Assembly: GCF_044704955.1 (NCBI RefSeq)
Contig: NC_091995.1
Coordinates: forward strand, 63,798,001 to 63,862,000
Direction of reading: 5' to 3'
DNA from: Pristiophorus japonicus
Taxonomy: Eukaryota
Length of the DNA stretch: 64,000 nt
The position numbers and the translations under genes were made by a program. Shown here piece after piece: positions 1-11,747 of this stretch (the stretch's first letter is position 1; the number at the start of each line of letters is the position of its first letter). The notes under the pieces were generated by a model, which was given only the letters and a program-made list of their open reading frames with translations, had not been told where the DNA came from and ran no database searches.

Positions 1-42
1 GGTTGGCGATTGCTCTCGGTCTGTTGCTGGCTTTCTTCTCCC
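1..42 (+). CDS. IgH leader (signal peptide) exon, 5' truncated by the window edge
   Basis: From base 3 it reads LAIALGLLLAFFS plus 1 nt, followed by a GTCAGT donor at 43. The intron ends TTTTACAG at 168, and phase-1 splicing is in frame with the V exon. Confidence 0.85.
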
Positions 43-168
43 GTCAGTAGCTTTTATTGCCCAATCTCTCACTTTTACATTCTCAGTGTTAGTCTCTCGC
101 TGGAATGTTACAGAGTCAGGATTCATTTCTCCAGGATTGATCCTCAGTGTTCTTGATTATTTTTACAG

Positions 169-473
169 ATGTCGAGTCAGATGTGGTGTTGACTCGGCCC
201 GATGCAGAGACCAGTATTCCCGAAGGTTCCCTGAGGCTGACCTGTAAAACCAGCGGCTTCGATCTCAGTAGCAGCTCCATGGTCTGGGTCCGCCAGGTTC
301 CCGGACAGGGGCTGGAGTGGCTGGTTAGCTGTGCCGCAACATGGCTCAAGGTTTATGCCCCAGCGATTCAAAGTCAATTTAATGCGTCCAAAGCCACTTC
401 AAATAACATCTTTGCGTTGGACATGAAGAACCTAAGAAGCGAAGACACCACCATCTATTACTGTACAAGGGAC
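169..473 (+). CDS. IGHV: Immunoglobulin heavy-chain VH segment (shark IgM-type), open frame
   Basis: DVVLTRP...[12 protein letters not shown]...[13 protein letters not shown]...[17 protein letters not shown]; both canonical Cys and the FR2 Trp are present; followed directly by an RSS. Confidence 0.95.
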
Positions 474-512
474 CACAGCGAGAGGAACAAGTGCTGGACC
501 CGTACAAGAACA
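474..512 (+). other. V 3' recombination signal sequence, 23-bp spacer
   Basis: Heptamer CACAGCG (474-480), 23-nt spacer (481-503), nonamer ACAAGAACA (504-512). Confidence 0.9.
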
Positions 513-915
513 GATCGAAGGGGAATTCAACAACTTACAACATAACCTGACGGTCAGTAATTGTCTCAAATGCAACATTGACGGCAGTGTTCAGAACAAG
601 ACCACAAATCGCTTCTTACAAAACTAACACAGATAATTCAAGGTGAAAATCTAACACACTAACCCATGTATTGAGTGGAGGATTTGCTTGTGCTCCTGTT
701 TAATGTTAACAGTGTCAGCATTTGCAGAGCTGGACATGTTGCTCGATTCACTGTACTTGGTACCTTTAGGGAGCTGTTTAAAACTGTCTTAATGTTCTAT
801 TGTGTTGTGTAAACTGTTAGCAAATTGTAAACTTGATCAGAAATTAATGTCTATTTGAAGTCAATATCTATTTGAAGTGAATGTTGAGAGTTAGCACTGA
901 GCAGAGAGTGAATGC

Positions 916-943
916 AATATTTGTGTGGATGCTTATCATTGTG
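916..943 (-). other. RSS upstream of J with a 12-bp spacer (D-type 5' RSS)
   Basis: On + strand: nonamer-like AATATTTGT (916-924), 12-nt spacer GTGGATGCTTAT, heptamer CATTGTG (937-943) abutting the J coding sequence. Nothing nonamer-like lies at 22/23 spacing (GAGTGAATG). Confidence 0.7.
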
Positions 944-996
944 AGACTGCTATTACGACTACTGGGGACAAGGGACCATGGTGACGGTGACTGCAG
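944..996 (+). CDS. IGHJ: JH segment (probably a germline-fused D-J)
   Basis: DCYYDYWGQGTMVTVTA with the WGxG motif; GTAAGG donor at 997. Confidence 0.93.
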
Positions 997-3900
997 GTAA
1001 GGAACATTCACTCATTCAGTAACTGTTGCATTTTTGTCTTTATTTTATATTTCTGTTTATGTTAATAATTATTTCGTTCACTAATACTTGGTTTCGATGG
1101 ATTCTCTATGGAGACTTTTCAATATTCCACGTAATTCTGCTACAAAGTGATTATAAAATTTAACTGTTTCTCCACGGAAAATGTTGTTGATGTGATTTGC
1201 TGTTTATCTGCTGACGAGACTGTGTGCTTGGTATATTTTAAATAGCCAACGGTTGTTGCACTGTTCGACGTTTCCTCAATGTTTAATCTCGGTGACCTCT
1301 GATTGCTGCATTTTTTCTGATCGAATGGCAAACATTGCGCATAAATGTTTAGCAAGAACATTGTTGGCACAAAACAGAAAGCTTAGCGCTCAGTAAATAA
1401 TCTTTAGAAATTTACCGTCTTTTTGTGAAAATTACATTGTCATCGACTGACCGAATGTTCCCGAATGCTTAGATGCAATACGTGAAGTGTTACTGTAATT
1501 AAGAACTGAAAAATTAACACATTTCCAGATGGAACGGATTGAAATTAATATTACAAACATTATTATAATGTAGTCATATCACCCATTATTACTAAAATAT
1601 GCTATATTATCAATATTTATGTATTTAACATGATCCGTCTAATCACAATTCTGCTGTCATTATTTTATAATTCTGTTGAATTCAATCATTAGTTATTTCA
1701 GTGTTAGGCGGATTCGCTGATTCTGTAATGAGACATTTTCCAAAAATACATTTGATTCTGCTGAAAGTGTTTATAGAATGAAGGGTCTGCTCCATGAAAG
1801 ATTCTGTCTAGGGATTCCACCCCTCAATGATGTGATTTAGTGTTGGTCTCCTGAGGAGAGTTTGTGCCTGTGTTAGTCAGAATTCCTAGAATATGTGAAA
1901 CTGTTTGGCGTTTCTACAATGTTTAATATCGTTGACAGCGGGCAGCAGCAGGTTTGTGATCGCATGCACACACGATAGTGTTTGAAACTGTTTGAAAGAA
2001 GATTGTAGGCAAAGAACAGGAAAGTTTTAGAAATCAGACACCATTGAAAGGTATTTCAACATAACAATTATTGAAGTGATAATTATATATTCAACTATTA
2101 TTCTATGCTTAAGCTGCTGATATTTACTGTGTGAAATGTAACTGTAATTACCAGCTACATTATTAACAAGTGTTCATGTTGTAGTTCAAATAAATTACTA
2201 TTAACCAATTGATTATAATGCAATTATATCTCCCAATGTTATAAAACTATGCTATAATATCAATGTCCATTTACTTAATATTCACCTTCCAATATCCTGC
2301 TCTACAGTGGGCTCCATTAAAGGGAGCGGAAACTGTTGGAGGTTGGATACAGTTATTAATTATGCCTGCAATTATTCCACTGACAGCATACTGATTCCAC
2401 CGCTGTGTTCAGTTTGATTAGAGTCTTCAATTACTTGCTACCTCCTGTTTACACAGATGAATGACATAGTTCATTTAGTTATAACTTAAAGCCGTGTTGC
2501 AAATGGCATTTTCTCAATTTTATATCGCTGCTGGGGTATGAAATCCTTACTGTGCAGCGAAATGTGTTATTCCTTCAATATTATGTATTGTTTGGTAGCG
2601 AGAGAATTATCACTAAACTATTCTAAAACAGTTTGCAAGATCAAAGACTGAGAGACAGGCGTCGCTGGCAGTCAAATAATTGTTCATGTGATTATATTTA
2701 AATTCAAAGCATGTTCAGTCTGCAAATGGCTGGAGTCACACAAATAATCCATTGAAATTCAAGCAGTTTAATTTCCTTAGAAAAGGTTCATGTTATTTTC
2801 TATTTAAAACAACATTCTATCTCCAAAGCGCTGATGCATACGGGAGAGGACGGTAGACAAAGCCCAGATCACATCTGAGAGTTATGCTTAACTCTTATTA
2901 ATACTAAATTGATGAACAAAGTCTCTCCTCCATTTGCTCATTCAGCTTCAGTGCCGCAGATAGTCTCAATGAATTGTTATCTTCCAGTTTTACACTAACC
3001 ATTCTGGAAACTATTTTCAAGAAGTAGCAGAATATATGTAATAATTAATTTGTGGGCATTGTGTGAATAAAGGAAGTATTTGTGTTATTAAATAGCGGAG
3101 GCTCTGCTACTGACTGCAAACTGCACGAGTGGGTTTTAATAAATAAAACCTTTTTTGGTGTGTTAAGATTGAGGAGAATATTTCAGTTCGAGAGTCAGCT
3201 TTAGTAAACAAGCGGTTTACAGCCACTCGGAGTAGTGATCCCGCCCAGAAATTGAACTTTTTAAAATAGTCCTCTCCTCAATCCATCATGTGAAATGTAC
3301 GCTGAGAATAGATGGAGGTTATGCTATAGCAGAAACATGCAGAGTACAAAAAAGGTGTCGGTAGAGAGCGGGACAGTATTAGAACTGCGTGATTATTGTC
3401 AATTGTTCAAATGCAATTCGATTTAAGTAAAAATAATGTGTTTTCTGATTGTATTTATGTATTAATATGGTGTTTAATATTTTAATATTGATGACTTGTT
3501 ATGGTAAGTTAAGTAAACCTTAATATATCACAAGTTACCAGGCAGAAAAAGGTTTTAAAATTATTATTAATTAATTGTATTAGTAAGACTGAAATTCAAG
3601 TACATTAATTTAATTTCAAAATTCCATGTTCGTGTGCTTCGGAGGAGGGAGTGCCAACAGGCACTCAGTTTATTTTCAATAATCAACTAACATGAACATT
3701 AACTTAGAATGGAAAATCAGTTCTATTTCATTAGACATAAATTATCTCTTGCAATTGCGTTGCATACTGGTCAGTATTAGATATTGCACCATCTCAAGGG
3801 TTAGAGAGAATGTTAAATTAATTCCTAAATTAATTTAGAAAACAATGCATTTATAACTTGGCCGTGCTGAGTTCGATAAGATGTCGCTGCAGATGTTAAT

Positions 3901-4609
3901 GAATCAACTTCATGTTTTGCCTCGATGATTTTACAGGTTATATTTACTGATGAAGATATATCAAATCAGTGGATGATCAGGTTTCACAGTAAATGTCTCC
4001 TGGATTGTGATATTCTTACTCTGTCACTGAGTCCCATGTGACGGGCAGCAAATTTCCGTGGAATGTGAATTATTTCCAGATAATTGTTTTCAGGGAAATT
4101 ATTTTTTACACGGTTTACACGATTGTCGACGGAGAGGGAGAAATGGCTAGATGTTGAATTGGTTCTCAAATCGTTATCAGGTTAATTGCAAAGAGTCCGT
4201 ACAGTTGAGGTAATTGCAAATTGACTAGAAATGAATTAGAAATCAAACAGCTTCATTGAAATTAACAGATTGAACAGATCTCTCTGCCTGGAGCACCATT
4301 GTTGCACCGTTTGTGTTTATTCTGTCTCTGTGCGCCTGCTCATTGTGGGAGAATCAGGAGTCATCCTGACTGTTTGTAAACCTTCTGGGTTGTGATCCTG
4401 TATTGCGCGGAGTGTCATTTGACTCTGTTATTTAAGATATGAGAAACATGAATGATTGACTTTAAGGGTGAGGAGTCGCCTCAGAAATTAGCTCAGTAAC
4501 CCAGATTGAGACATTTAAAAAGAGCAGTTAGTTCAGCAACACCACGGGGAGAATGTAGAATGAGCTTCAATTAGTTTCTAACCCATGCTTTAACTGTCTT
4601 GCGAGTGGT

Positions 4610-5100
4610 TGATATGACAGTGAAGAGGGAGCTTTACTCTGCATCTAACCGGTGATTTATCTTATCTGGCAATGTTTGATGGGACATTGCAGAGGGAGCT
4701 TTACTCAGTATTTAACCTCTCATTTACAAGGACGTGGAGCTTAATTGGGACCTTCAATATAGATTGATCTTCTATTTCATCAGCACTATAGCTAAGCTTG
4801 TACGCTTTAATGGGACAATGTATGGGACGCTTTTCTTTGTGTATAATTATGCTTAATCTAACTGGTAAATTTGATAACGCATTATATGGGGAGACATTTC
4901 ATAGCACATCTCCACCATACTCGAACTGGCAATGTTCGAGGGGACAGTATGGATAACGTATTACTCTGTGTTCAACCCTTGCTATATCTGCCCTGACCCA
5001 CACGGCAGCGTAGCGGGAACTTTGCTCTATCTTTTCCATGTTGTATCTGATCTGACAGTGCTTGTCAGGCAGTGTTCAAGGAACCGTTATCTGCGTCTAT
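4610..5100 (+). repeat. Degenerate copies of a dispersed ~66-bp minisatellite family (GAGGGAGCTTTACTCTGTATCTAACC core)
   Basis: The core recurs at ~4625, 4692 and in decayed form to ~5100. The same family occurs at 22870-23170, 39995-40225 and 44180-44380. Confidence 0.65.
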
Positions 5101-5769
5101 CAGATAAACTGTGAGTGCAGGAGCCAGATAAACAATAAATCGTCCCATTGCCCAGATTAAACAATGCACATTCATTGAAAGTTACATTCTTTCTGAAAAA
5201 TTCCCAATTTTCAAAGTTAGTAATGTTTCAACATTTTGAGCATCAGACTATTACTGGACGTGATTGGACGGATCCTCAGCTCACTTTCAGAGCAAACAGC
5301 TTCAGGAAGTAATTAACGCTCCAGAAAGCATCGCTTGTTCTGAGCTGTTGAGAGGATGCAAGTTATTTTCACAATTTAAATGGAGAATGTCGAGACTCCC
5401 GCTTCAATTAACCGTCATGGGGACCTCATGTTTAAAACCATTATTTTGTCCAATTCTTCCAGGTAAACCTTGAATGCAGGGACAAACTCGTCACAACACA
5501 AAGCACACAGTACCTGAGCTGCAATTCTGTGAAATATTTAAAGTGATAGAGGCAACCTGCAATAAGTCGTAATTTGCAATGACCGTTAAGCATTTATAAC
5601 AGCATCCGATTGAATGAGTTGCATCAGATTTATAACATCCCTTTACTTTAAATATCCTCTTTCATTATAATGAACAATAAAAGTAGATCAGGTAGTGGTG
5701 TCCAAAATATGAAGCGATTCCTTCCATTAAATCAAGAAGAACTATTCCCACTGACTCGTGTGGAATGAT

Positions 5770-6570
5770 AGCATCTCACAGCATTGAAAGAGGCCATTCG
5801 GCCATCGCACCTGTGCCGGCTCTGAAAGAGCTGTCCAAGTTAGTCCAACGCCCCAGGGTTTTCCTTGTAAACGTGCAAATGTGTCCTCCTGAAGTATATG
5901 ACGAGCTGCCTGGTGCATTCCTGAAATTAGCAACCCTCTGTGTGAAAAAATCACCCCAATTTCCCCTTTTGATCTTTTGCCAATTATTTTAAATCTGTGA
6001 CCTTTGGTTAACCACCTACCTTCCAGCGGAAACAGTTTCTCCCTCCTTGTTCTATCAAAACGTTACATAATGTTGAATATCTCTCCTAGGTCTCATCTTA
6101 ACCTCCGCTCTAAGGAGAACATCCGAGCTTCTCCAATCTCGCCACATAACTGAAAACCCCATCCCTGGTATCATCCTGGTAAAAGCCTCCCCTATACAGT
6201 CTCCATGGGGTTGACATCCTTCCTAATTTGTGTTGCCAGAATTGTACACAATACTCCAGCTGAGGCCTTACCCGTGATTTACAAAGGTTTAGCATAACCG
6301 CCTTGTTTTTGTAGTCAATGTCCCTATTTACAAAGTCAAGTATCCCATACTCTTTCATAACAGCCTTTATCAGCTTGCCCTGTCACCTTCAAAGATTTGT
6401 GAATATGGACATCCAGATAATTTTTTTTGTAACCCGTCGAAAGAGTTACAAATATTTAGATTATACTGCCCCGCTATGTTCCACCCAAAGTGGAGCGCTT
6501 CTCAATTATCCCCATCGAATTGCACCTGCCATGTGCCGGCCCATGTCACTGGTCTGTCTGTCTCCTCATG
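5770..6570 (-). mobile_element. CR1-type LINE 3' fragment
   Basis: ORF 6110-6358(-) GILDFVNRDIDYKNKAVMLNLCKSRVRPQLEYCVQFW matches the CR1 ORF2 C-terminal region. Confidence 0.85.
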
Positions 6571-7448
6571 AATTGTGTTATTATCCTGCTCACTATTGGT
6601 TACGTTGCCAGGATCTGCATCATCTTCGCAGTTCGAATTTGTACTCCCGATACCCAAGTCCAGGTAAGTTTTATATAGCGAGAACAACAATGGAAAACGA
6701 AATGGGACATTTACGGAGAAACTTCCAATTATGCGGATTTCGGAATGGGATTTAATTCGCATTATTAATTAAGTGGGAGGGAGGAGGAAACTCAAGAGAC
6801 GTCCATTCAAGAGAATGGGTTGTAGCGCTGATCACAATGCGCTGAAAGGCATTGCTCTCCCTCAAATGCTGAGAACGAAAGGGAGAGATTCGACTCAATC
6901 TCCATTCATCTACAGCTTCAATCTTAGAAACTTGATTGTGGAAATGTCCCCTGTGGAATTCTGTGATAGTCAAGTTTTGAGGGTTTTTTGCTAATTCACT
7001 AAGCAGGAATTCCGCTGTTACTTTTGAAGTGCATTAACTGTTGTTTTGTAGGGATATGCCGCAGTCAATGTGCAAAGAGCAAATTTCACCAAACTGCAAT
7101 TAAATGAAGGACCAGAAGTGGTGCTGATTGAGAAATAAATGCTGGCCGAAACAGCAGGAACAGGTCTCTGCTCTTCTATTGTATGATGCAATGAAGGATT
7201 CTTTATTGAGGAGATGTGTAAAGATTCTTGTTGTGTAATGAAATAGAGCTTGGAGATCGAGAGGTTTGATCCTGACCAGGGCATCGACAGGTGCTTATGA
7301 TGGAATTGACAGAAGCTCAAATGCCCGTTAATCTTTGATGGGAAAATGGTGGAATTAGTTTATTCTGCAGTTAAATTTTGAGTTGTGTAGTTCTTTTATA
7401 AGCAAGGATTGCAGAGTCTAACTTGTTTAAGGGGCCATACTTTTCCAG

Positions 7449-7745
7449 TAACACCGTCTTCTCCCACCCTGTACACTCTGCTCCCCTGTGGACAACCCAG
7501 CACCGAAGGCTCGGTCACGTACGGCTGTTTGGTGATTGACTACTCCCACGAAATCACCAACTTTTCCTGGAGGAAAGATAAAGAGCTGATCACCACTGGA
7601 TTGAAGACCTACCCGTCAGTGCTCAACAAGAAGGGAACCTACACTTTGAGCAGCCAGCTTACCATCACGGAGTCAGAGGTGGGGATCAGCACAATCTACT
7701 TTGAGGTTCGACGTGGTGGGTCTGTCTGGGTCATCACTATGTCAG
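7449..7745 (+). pseudogene. IGHM: IgM CH1 exon with second domain Cys replaced by Phe
   Basis: TTTTCCAG acceptor; TPSSPTLY...YGCL...SW...[31 protein letters not shown]...IYFEVRRG (shark C-mu1). TTT at 7700-7702 sits where TGT is expected. GTTAGT donor at 7746. Confidence 0.92.
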
Positions 7746-7799
7746 GTTAGTGATGTGGGATACAGGGCAAACTGTGATAATGTGAGAAGGTATCGTCAA

Positions 7800-9400
7800 A
7801 TTGTATAGAAACTTGGTTAAACCACACTTAGAGTAATGTGTACAGTCTGGTCTCCATATCACATTAGAGTACTGAATACAGTTCCGCCTCCATTTGACAC
7901 TTGGAATACTGTGCAGAGTTCTGGTTTCCATATCACACTTAGAGTACTGCACAGTTCTTGTCTCTATATCAAACTTAGAATACTGTGCAGCGTTCTGCCC
8001 TCTATATCACACTTAGAATACTGCACAGTTCTGCTCTCCATATCACATTTAGAATAGTGCACAGTTCGGGTTTCCATATTATACATAGAATAATCTGAAT
8101 ACTTAGAGTCCCCATATCACAATTAGAGTACTGAGTACAGTTCTGGTCTCCATATCACAATTAGAATACTGTGCACAGTTCTGGTTTCCATATCATACTT
8201 AGAATATTCTGAACAGTTCCGATCTCCATATCATACTGAGAATACTGTGCAAAGTTCGATTTCCATATCACACTTAGAATACTGAGTACAGTTCCGGTCT
8301 CCATATCATATTAGAATATTCTGTCCAGTTATGATCCCCATATCACACTAAGAGTACTGTGTACAGTTCTGGTCTCCATATCACATTTAGAGTAATGCAT
8401 ACAGTTCTGATCTCCATATCACACTGAGAGTACTGTGTACAGTTCAGGTCTCCATATCATACTTAGAATATTCTGCGCAGTTATGGTCCCCATAGCACAC
8501 TTGTAGAACTGCGTACAGTTCCGGTCTCCATATCACAATTAGAATGCTGTGCAAAGTTCTGGTTTCCATATCATACTTAGAATACTCTGCACAGCTCCGG
8601 TCTCCATATCACACTTAGAATATTCTGCGCAGTTATGGTCTCCATATCACACTTAGAGTACTGAGTAGAGTTCAGGTCTCCATATCATTTTAGAATATTC
8701 TGCGCAGTTATGGTCCCCATATCACACTTAGAGTACTGAATACAGTTCCGGTTTCCATATCATACTTAGAATACTCTTCACAGTTATGGTCCCCATATCA
8801 CACTTAGAGTACTGTGTATAGTTTTGATCTCCATCTCATATTTAGAATACCGTGTACAATTTTTGTCATCATATCACACTTAGAGTATTATGTACCGTTC
8901 TGGTCTCCAAATCACACTTAGAGTAATGTATACAGTTCTGATCTCCATATCACACTGAGAATACTGTGTACAGTTCTGCTCTCTATATCACACTTAGATT
9001 ACTGTGCACAGTTCTGGTCTCCTTATCATCCTTAGAATACTGTGCATCGTTCTGGTCCCTATATCACACTTAGAGTACTGAATACAGTTCCGTTCTCCAT
9101 ATGACACTTACAATACTGTGCACAGTTCTGGTTTCCATATCACATTTAGAATACCGCACATTTCTTGTCTCTATATCACACTTAGAATATTGTGTAAAGC
9201 TTGGTCTCCATATCACACTTAGAATACGGTGTACAATTCTAGTCTCCAGCACATACTTAGAATACGGTATACAGTTTTGGTCTCCATATCACACTTAGAA
9301 TACTGTGTAAAGTTCCGGTCCCTATATCACACTTAGTATATTATGCACAGTTCTGGTCTCCATATTAGATTTAGAATACTGTGCACAGTACTGCTCTCTT
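7800..9400 (+). repeat. 38-bp minisatellite (~40 copies) derived from a CR1 ORF2 segment
   Basis: Unit CTCCATATCACACTTAGAATACTGTGCACAGTTCTGGT. The array starts in LYRNLVKPHLE*CVQ.WSPY-like CR1 sequence and units translate as HLEYC... Confidence 0.9.
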
Positions 9401-9522
9401 TAAATGTTAGGTTAGTATTATTCTGCAAGCAAAGAACCTGTAAAAATATAAGGACACTTTGCATTTTTTAATCATTTATTTTGCAATCACTGTCAATAAT
9501 ATGTCTTCTCTTGAATATCCAG

Positions 9523-9834
9523 AACCGGACATCGTTCCTCCAACTGTTCTCCTCACGCTGAGTTCCACTGAACAAATCACCAGCAGCAGATATGCAAGCG
9601 CCGTGTGTTCAATCACCGATTTTCGGCCAAAGTCACTGACCATGAATTGGTTGAATTGTGGACAATTTCTGGATTCGGGCTTCGTCACCTCGCCCGTATT
9701 TGAGGTGAACGGGAACTTCTCGGTGGTCGGTTGGCTGACAGTCCCTGCCGGGGACTGGTTCACCGGCTCGGTCTACACCTGCCAGGTCACTCATGAAGGG
9801 GTCACACAAAGCCATAGCTTCACCAGATCTCAGG
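9523..9834 (+). CDS. IGHM: IgM CH2 exon (frame intact)
   Basis: [39 protein letters not shown]...[20 protein letters not shown]; AG at 9521-9522, GTAAGA donor at 9835. Confidence 0.92.
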
Positions 9835-9964
9835 GTAAGAGACACAATCCCGAGAGTTTCCAGACCATTCTGAGCGCTGATCTCAGTCAGGACTTTAATT
9901 GGAATTAGTAAAAAGCACAGAACTTTTCATAATTTCCAATCATGCAGTTTGTGTATTCTTGCGA

Positions 9965-10370
9965 ACAAACTTGACTTTTTACAACGCCTTTAGCGACCTC
10001 AAACTGATCCAAAGCGCTTGCCAGCTAATAAATTAAGTGGGGAAATGTGGTCACAGTTGTAATGTACAATGTGCGGCAGTCAATTTGTGCACAGCAAGCT
10101 CCCACAAACAGCAGTGTGATAATGTCCAGATTTTTTTTGTTTAGTGCTGTTTTTTGAGGGATAAATAATCTCAGGACACCCGAGAGAAGTCCTATGCGTT
10201 TCTTTGAAATAGTTCCAGGGGATCTTTTACGTCCACCTGAGAGGCCAGATGGATCCGTGGTTTAACACCTGATCTGAAAACCGGCACCTCCGATAGTGCA
10301 CCATCCCCCCAGTTTGTGATCAAGTGTCTGGAGGAAGACTTCAAACCACGATCTTCTGGTTGAAGATTCC
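9965..10370 (-). mobile_element. Deu-domain SINE (SacSINE1/AmnSINE1-like)
   Basis: Contains CACAGCAAGCTCCCACAAACAGCA...GGGATCTTTTACGTCCACCTGAGAGG...GGCACCTCCGA; homologous to the copy at 61110-61530. Confidence 0.75.
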
Positions 10371-10529
10371 TCGTTGTTCAGGATTTAATAACATCGCCAA
10401 AGAAGCTGTCCCCCTGCTCTGATTTCAGGCAATTAGTGAAGTATCCTTAGTCTCAGGATTATCCTGATTGGCTGATCATATACGGAGTGGCAGTAGGAGT
10501 CTGGAACCCTTTACTTTTAACTGTCCAGG

Positions 10530-11070
10530 AACACACTGCTAGAATGGGCATCTACCCTATTCAGAGCACTGAGCCCACTTCTGGGCTCCCCCCTCAGGAA
10601 GGATATACTGGCCTTGGAGACGGTAAAGTGCAGGTTTACCCGAACGATACCGAGGCTAAAAAAGTAAACTGATGAGAAGACGAGTATAGAACATTAAGAG
10701 CTGATCCAAGTAAGGTGTTTAACTTGATAAATGGAGTTGATCGACTAGATATAGAAAACATATTTCCTTTGGTGGGAGAATCCAGAACAAGTAGCATAAC
10801 CTTAAAATTAGAGCGAGGCCGTGCAGAGGGGATGCCACGAAGGATTTATTCACAGGACTAATCGAACAAGTTTTGATTTCCCTCCCCAAAATCTGCTGAT
10901 CCTGGATTTCATTTGAAGATTTGAAAACTGAGAATGAGATATTTTTGTTAGGCAAGATTATCAAGGGCTACTGAACCTAGGCGGGAGGATGGTGTTGAGT
11001 GTAGATCAGCCATGATCTAACTGGATGGCGGGACAGGATGGATGGGCTGAATTACCTCCTCCTGTTACAA
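10530..11070 (+). mobile_element. CR1-type LINE 3' fragment
   Basis: Decayed WAP.LRKDILALE motif and a CR1-like 3' UTR (GATCAGCCATGATCT...GATGGGCTGAAT...CTCCTCCTGTT). Confidence 0.75.
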
Positions 11071-11747
11071 TGTTGCTATTAATGCCCTGAGGTCGTATTT
11101 CATTCTAATTCTCTCTCGCCAGACATGATAAATGCTCAGTAATGACAGAAACTGAAAAACTACCTCACACCATTACAAATAATACCCCAGCACAAAAGAT
11201 CCCTTGGAACACCATTCTGCCAGCATTGCACTTCTCCTCTGACGGGGGCTGTGACTGGTTCCTTCACATTTTCACAGCAACAAAAATCTCAGCAAGAGAG
11301 CAGAAAATTAACTTGGTTACCTGTTGCCCCATAAATCCTGAAATGCATTTGACACTGGTTTTGAGCCAGTGAAATGTTGGTGTAGTGCTTTTCACCTTCA
11401 GGCTATTCGGGCTTCAGCTATTAGAACCAGCGGAGATGCGCTTGGGTGCGAGGGTCTGTAGACGGACGTAATGGAGCAAGAGATTTCAGAAAGAGCGCTA
11501 TTCAGTGCCCAACACAATTGCTTCACAGCCCATTACAGGTGGCTCTGGCTGCAAATACACAGGAAATGTTACGCATCTTCCTGAATCGTTGCCAATTCGT
11601 GGCCATTACAATAACGACGGTGGTTAAGCAACAGTGAGAGGTTGATATTTCAAAAGTGATTTATTCCCCTTGAAAGAGTTATGGCTAAATACTGGTGTCC
11701 TGATTCTGAAGATGCACCTTCTCCTGACTTTCATTCCTGTTTCGCAG

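Noticed and set aside
474-545. C-terminal extension of ORF 147-545 as part of a protein
   Set aside because: It is read-through across the RSS; the ORF start also lies in the leader intron.
749-755. CACTGTA as a possible D-segment 5' heptamer
   Set aside because: No convincing nonamer at 12 or 23 spacing and no downstream CACAGTG-like partner.
1000-7440. Canonical octamer (ATGCAAAT/ATTTGCAT) intronic enhancer
   Set aside because: I saw only imperfect TGCAAAT matches (~2498, 2721, 4214); not enough to call an enhancer.
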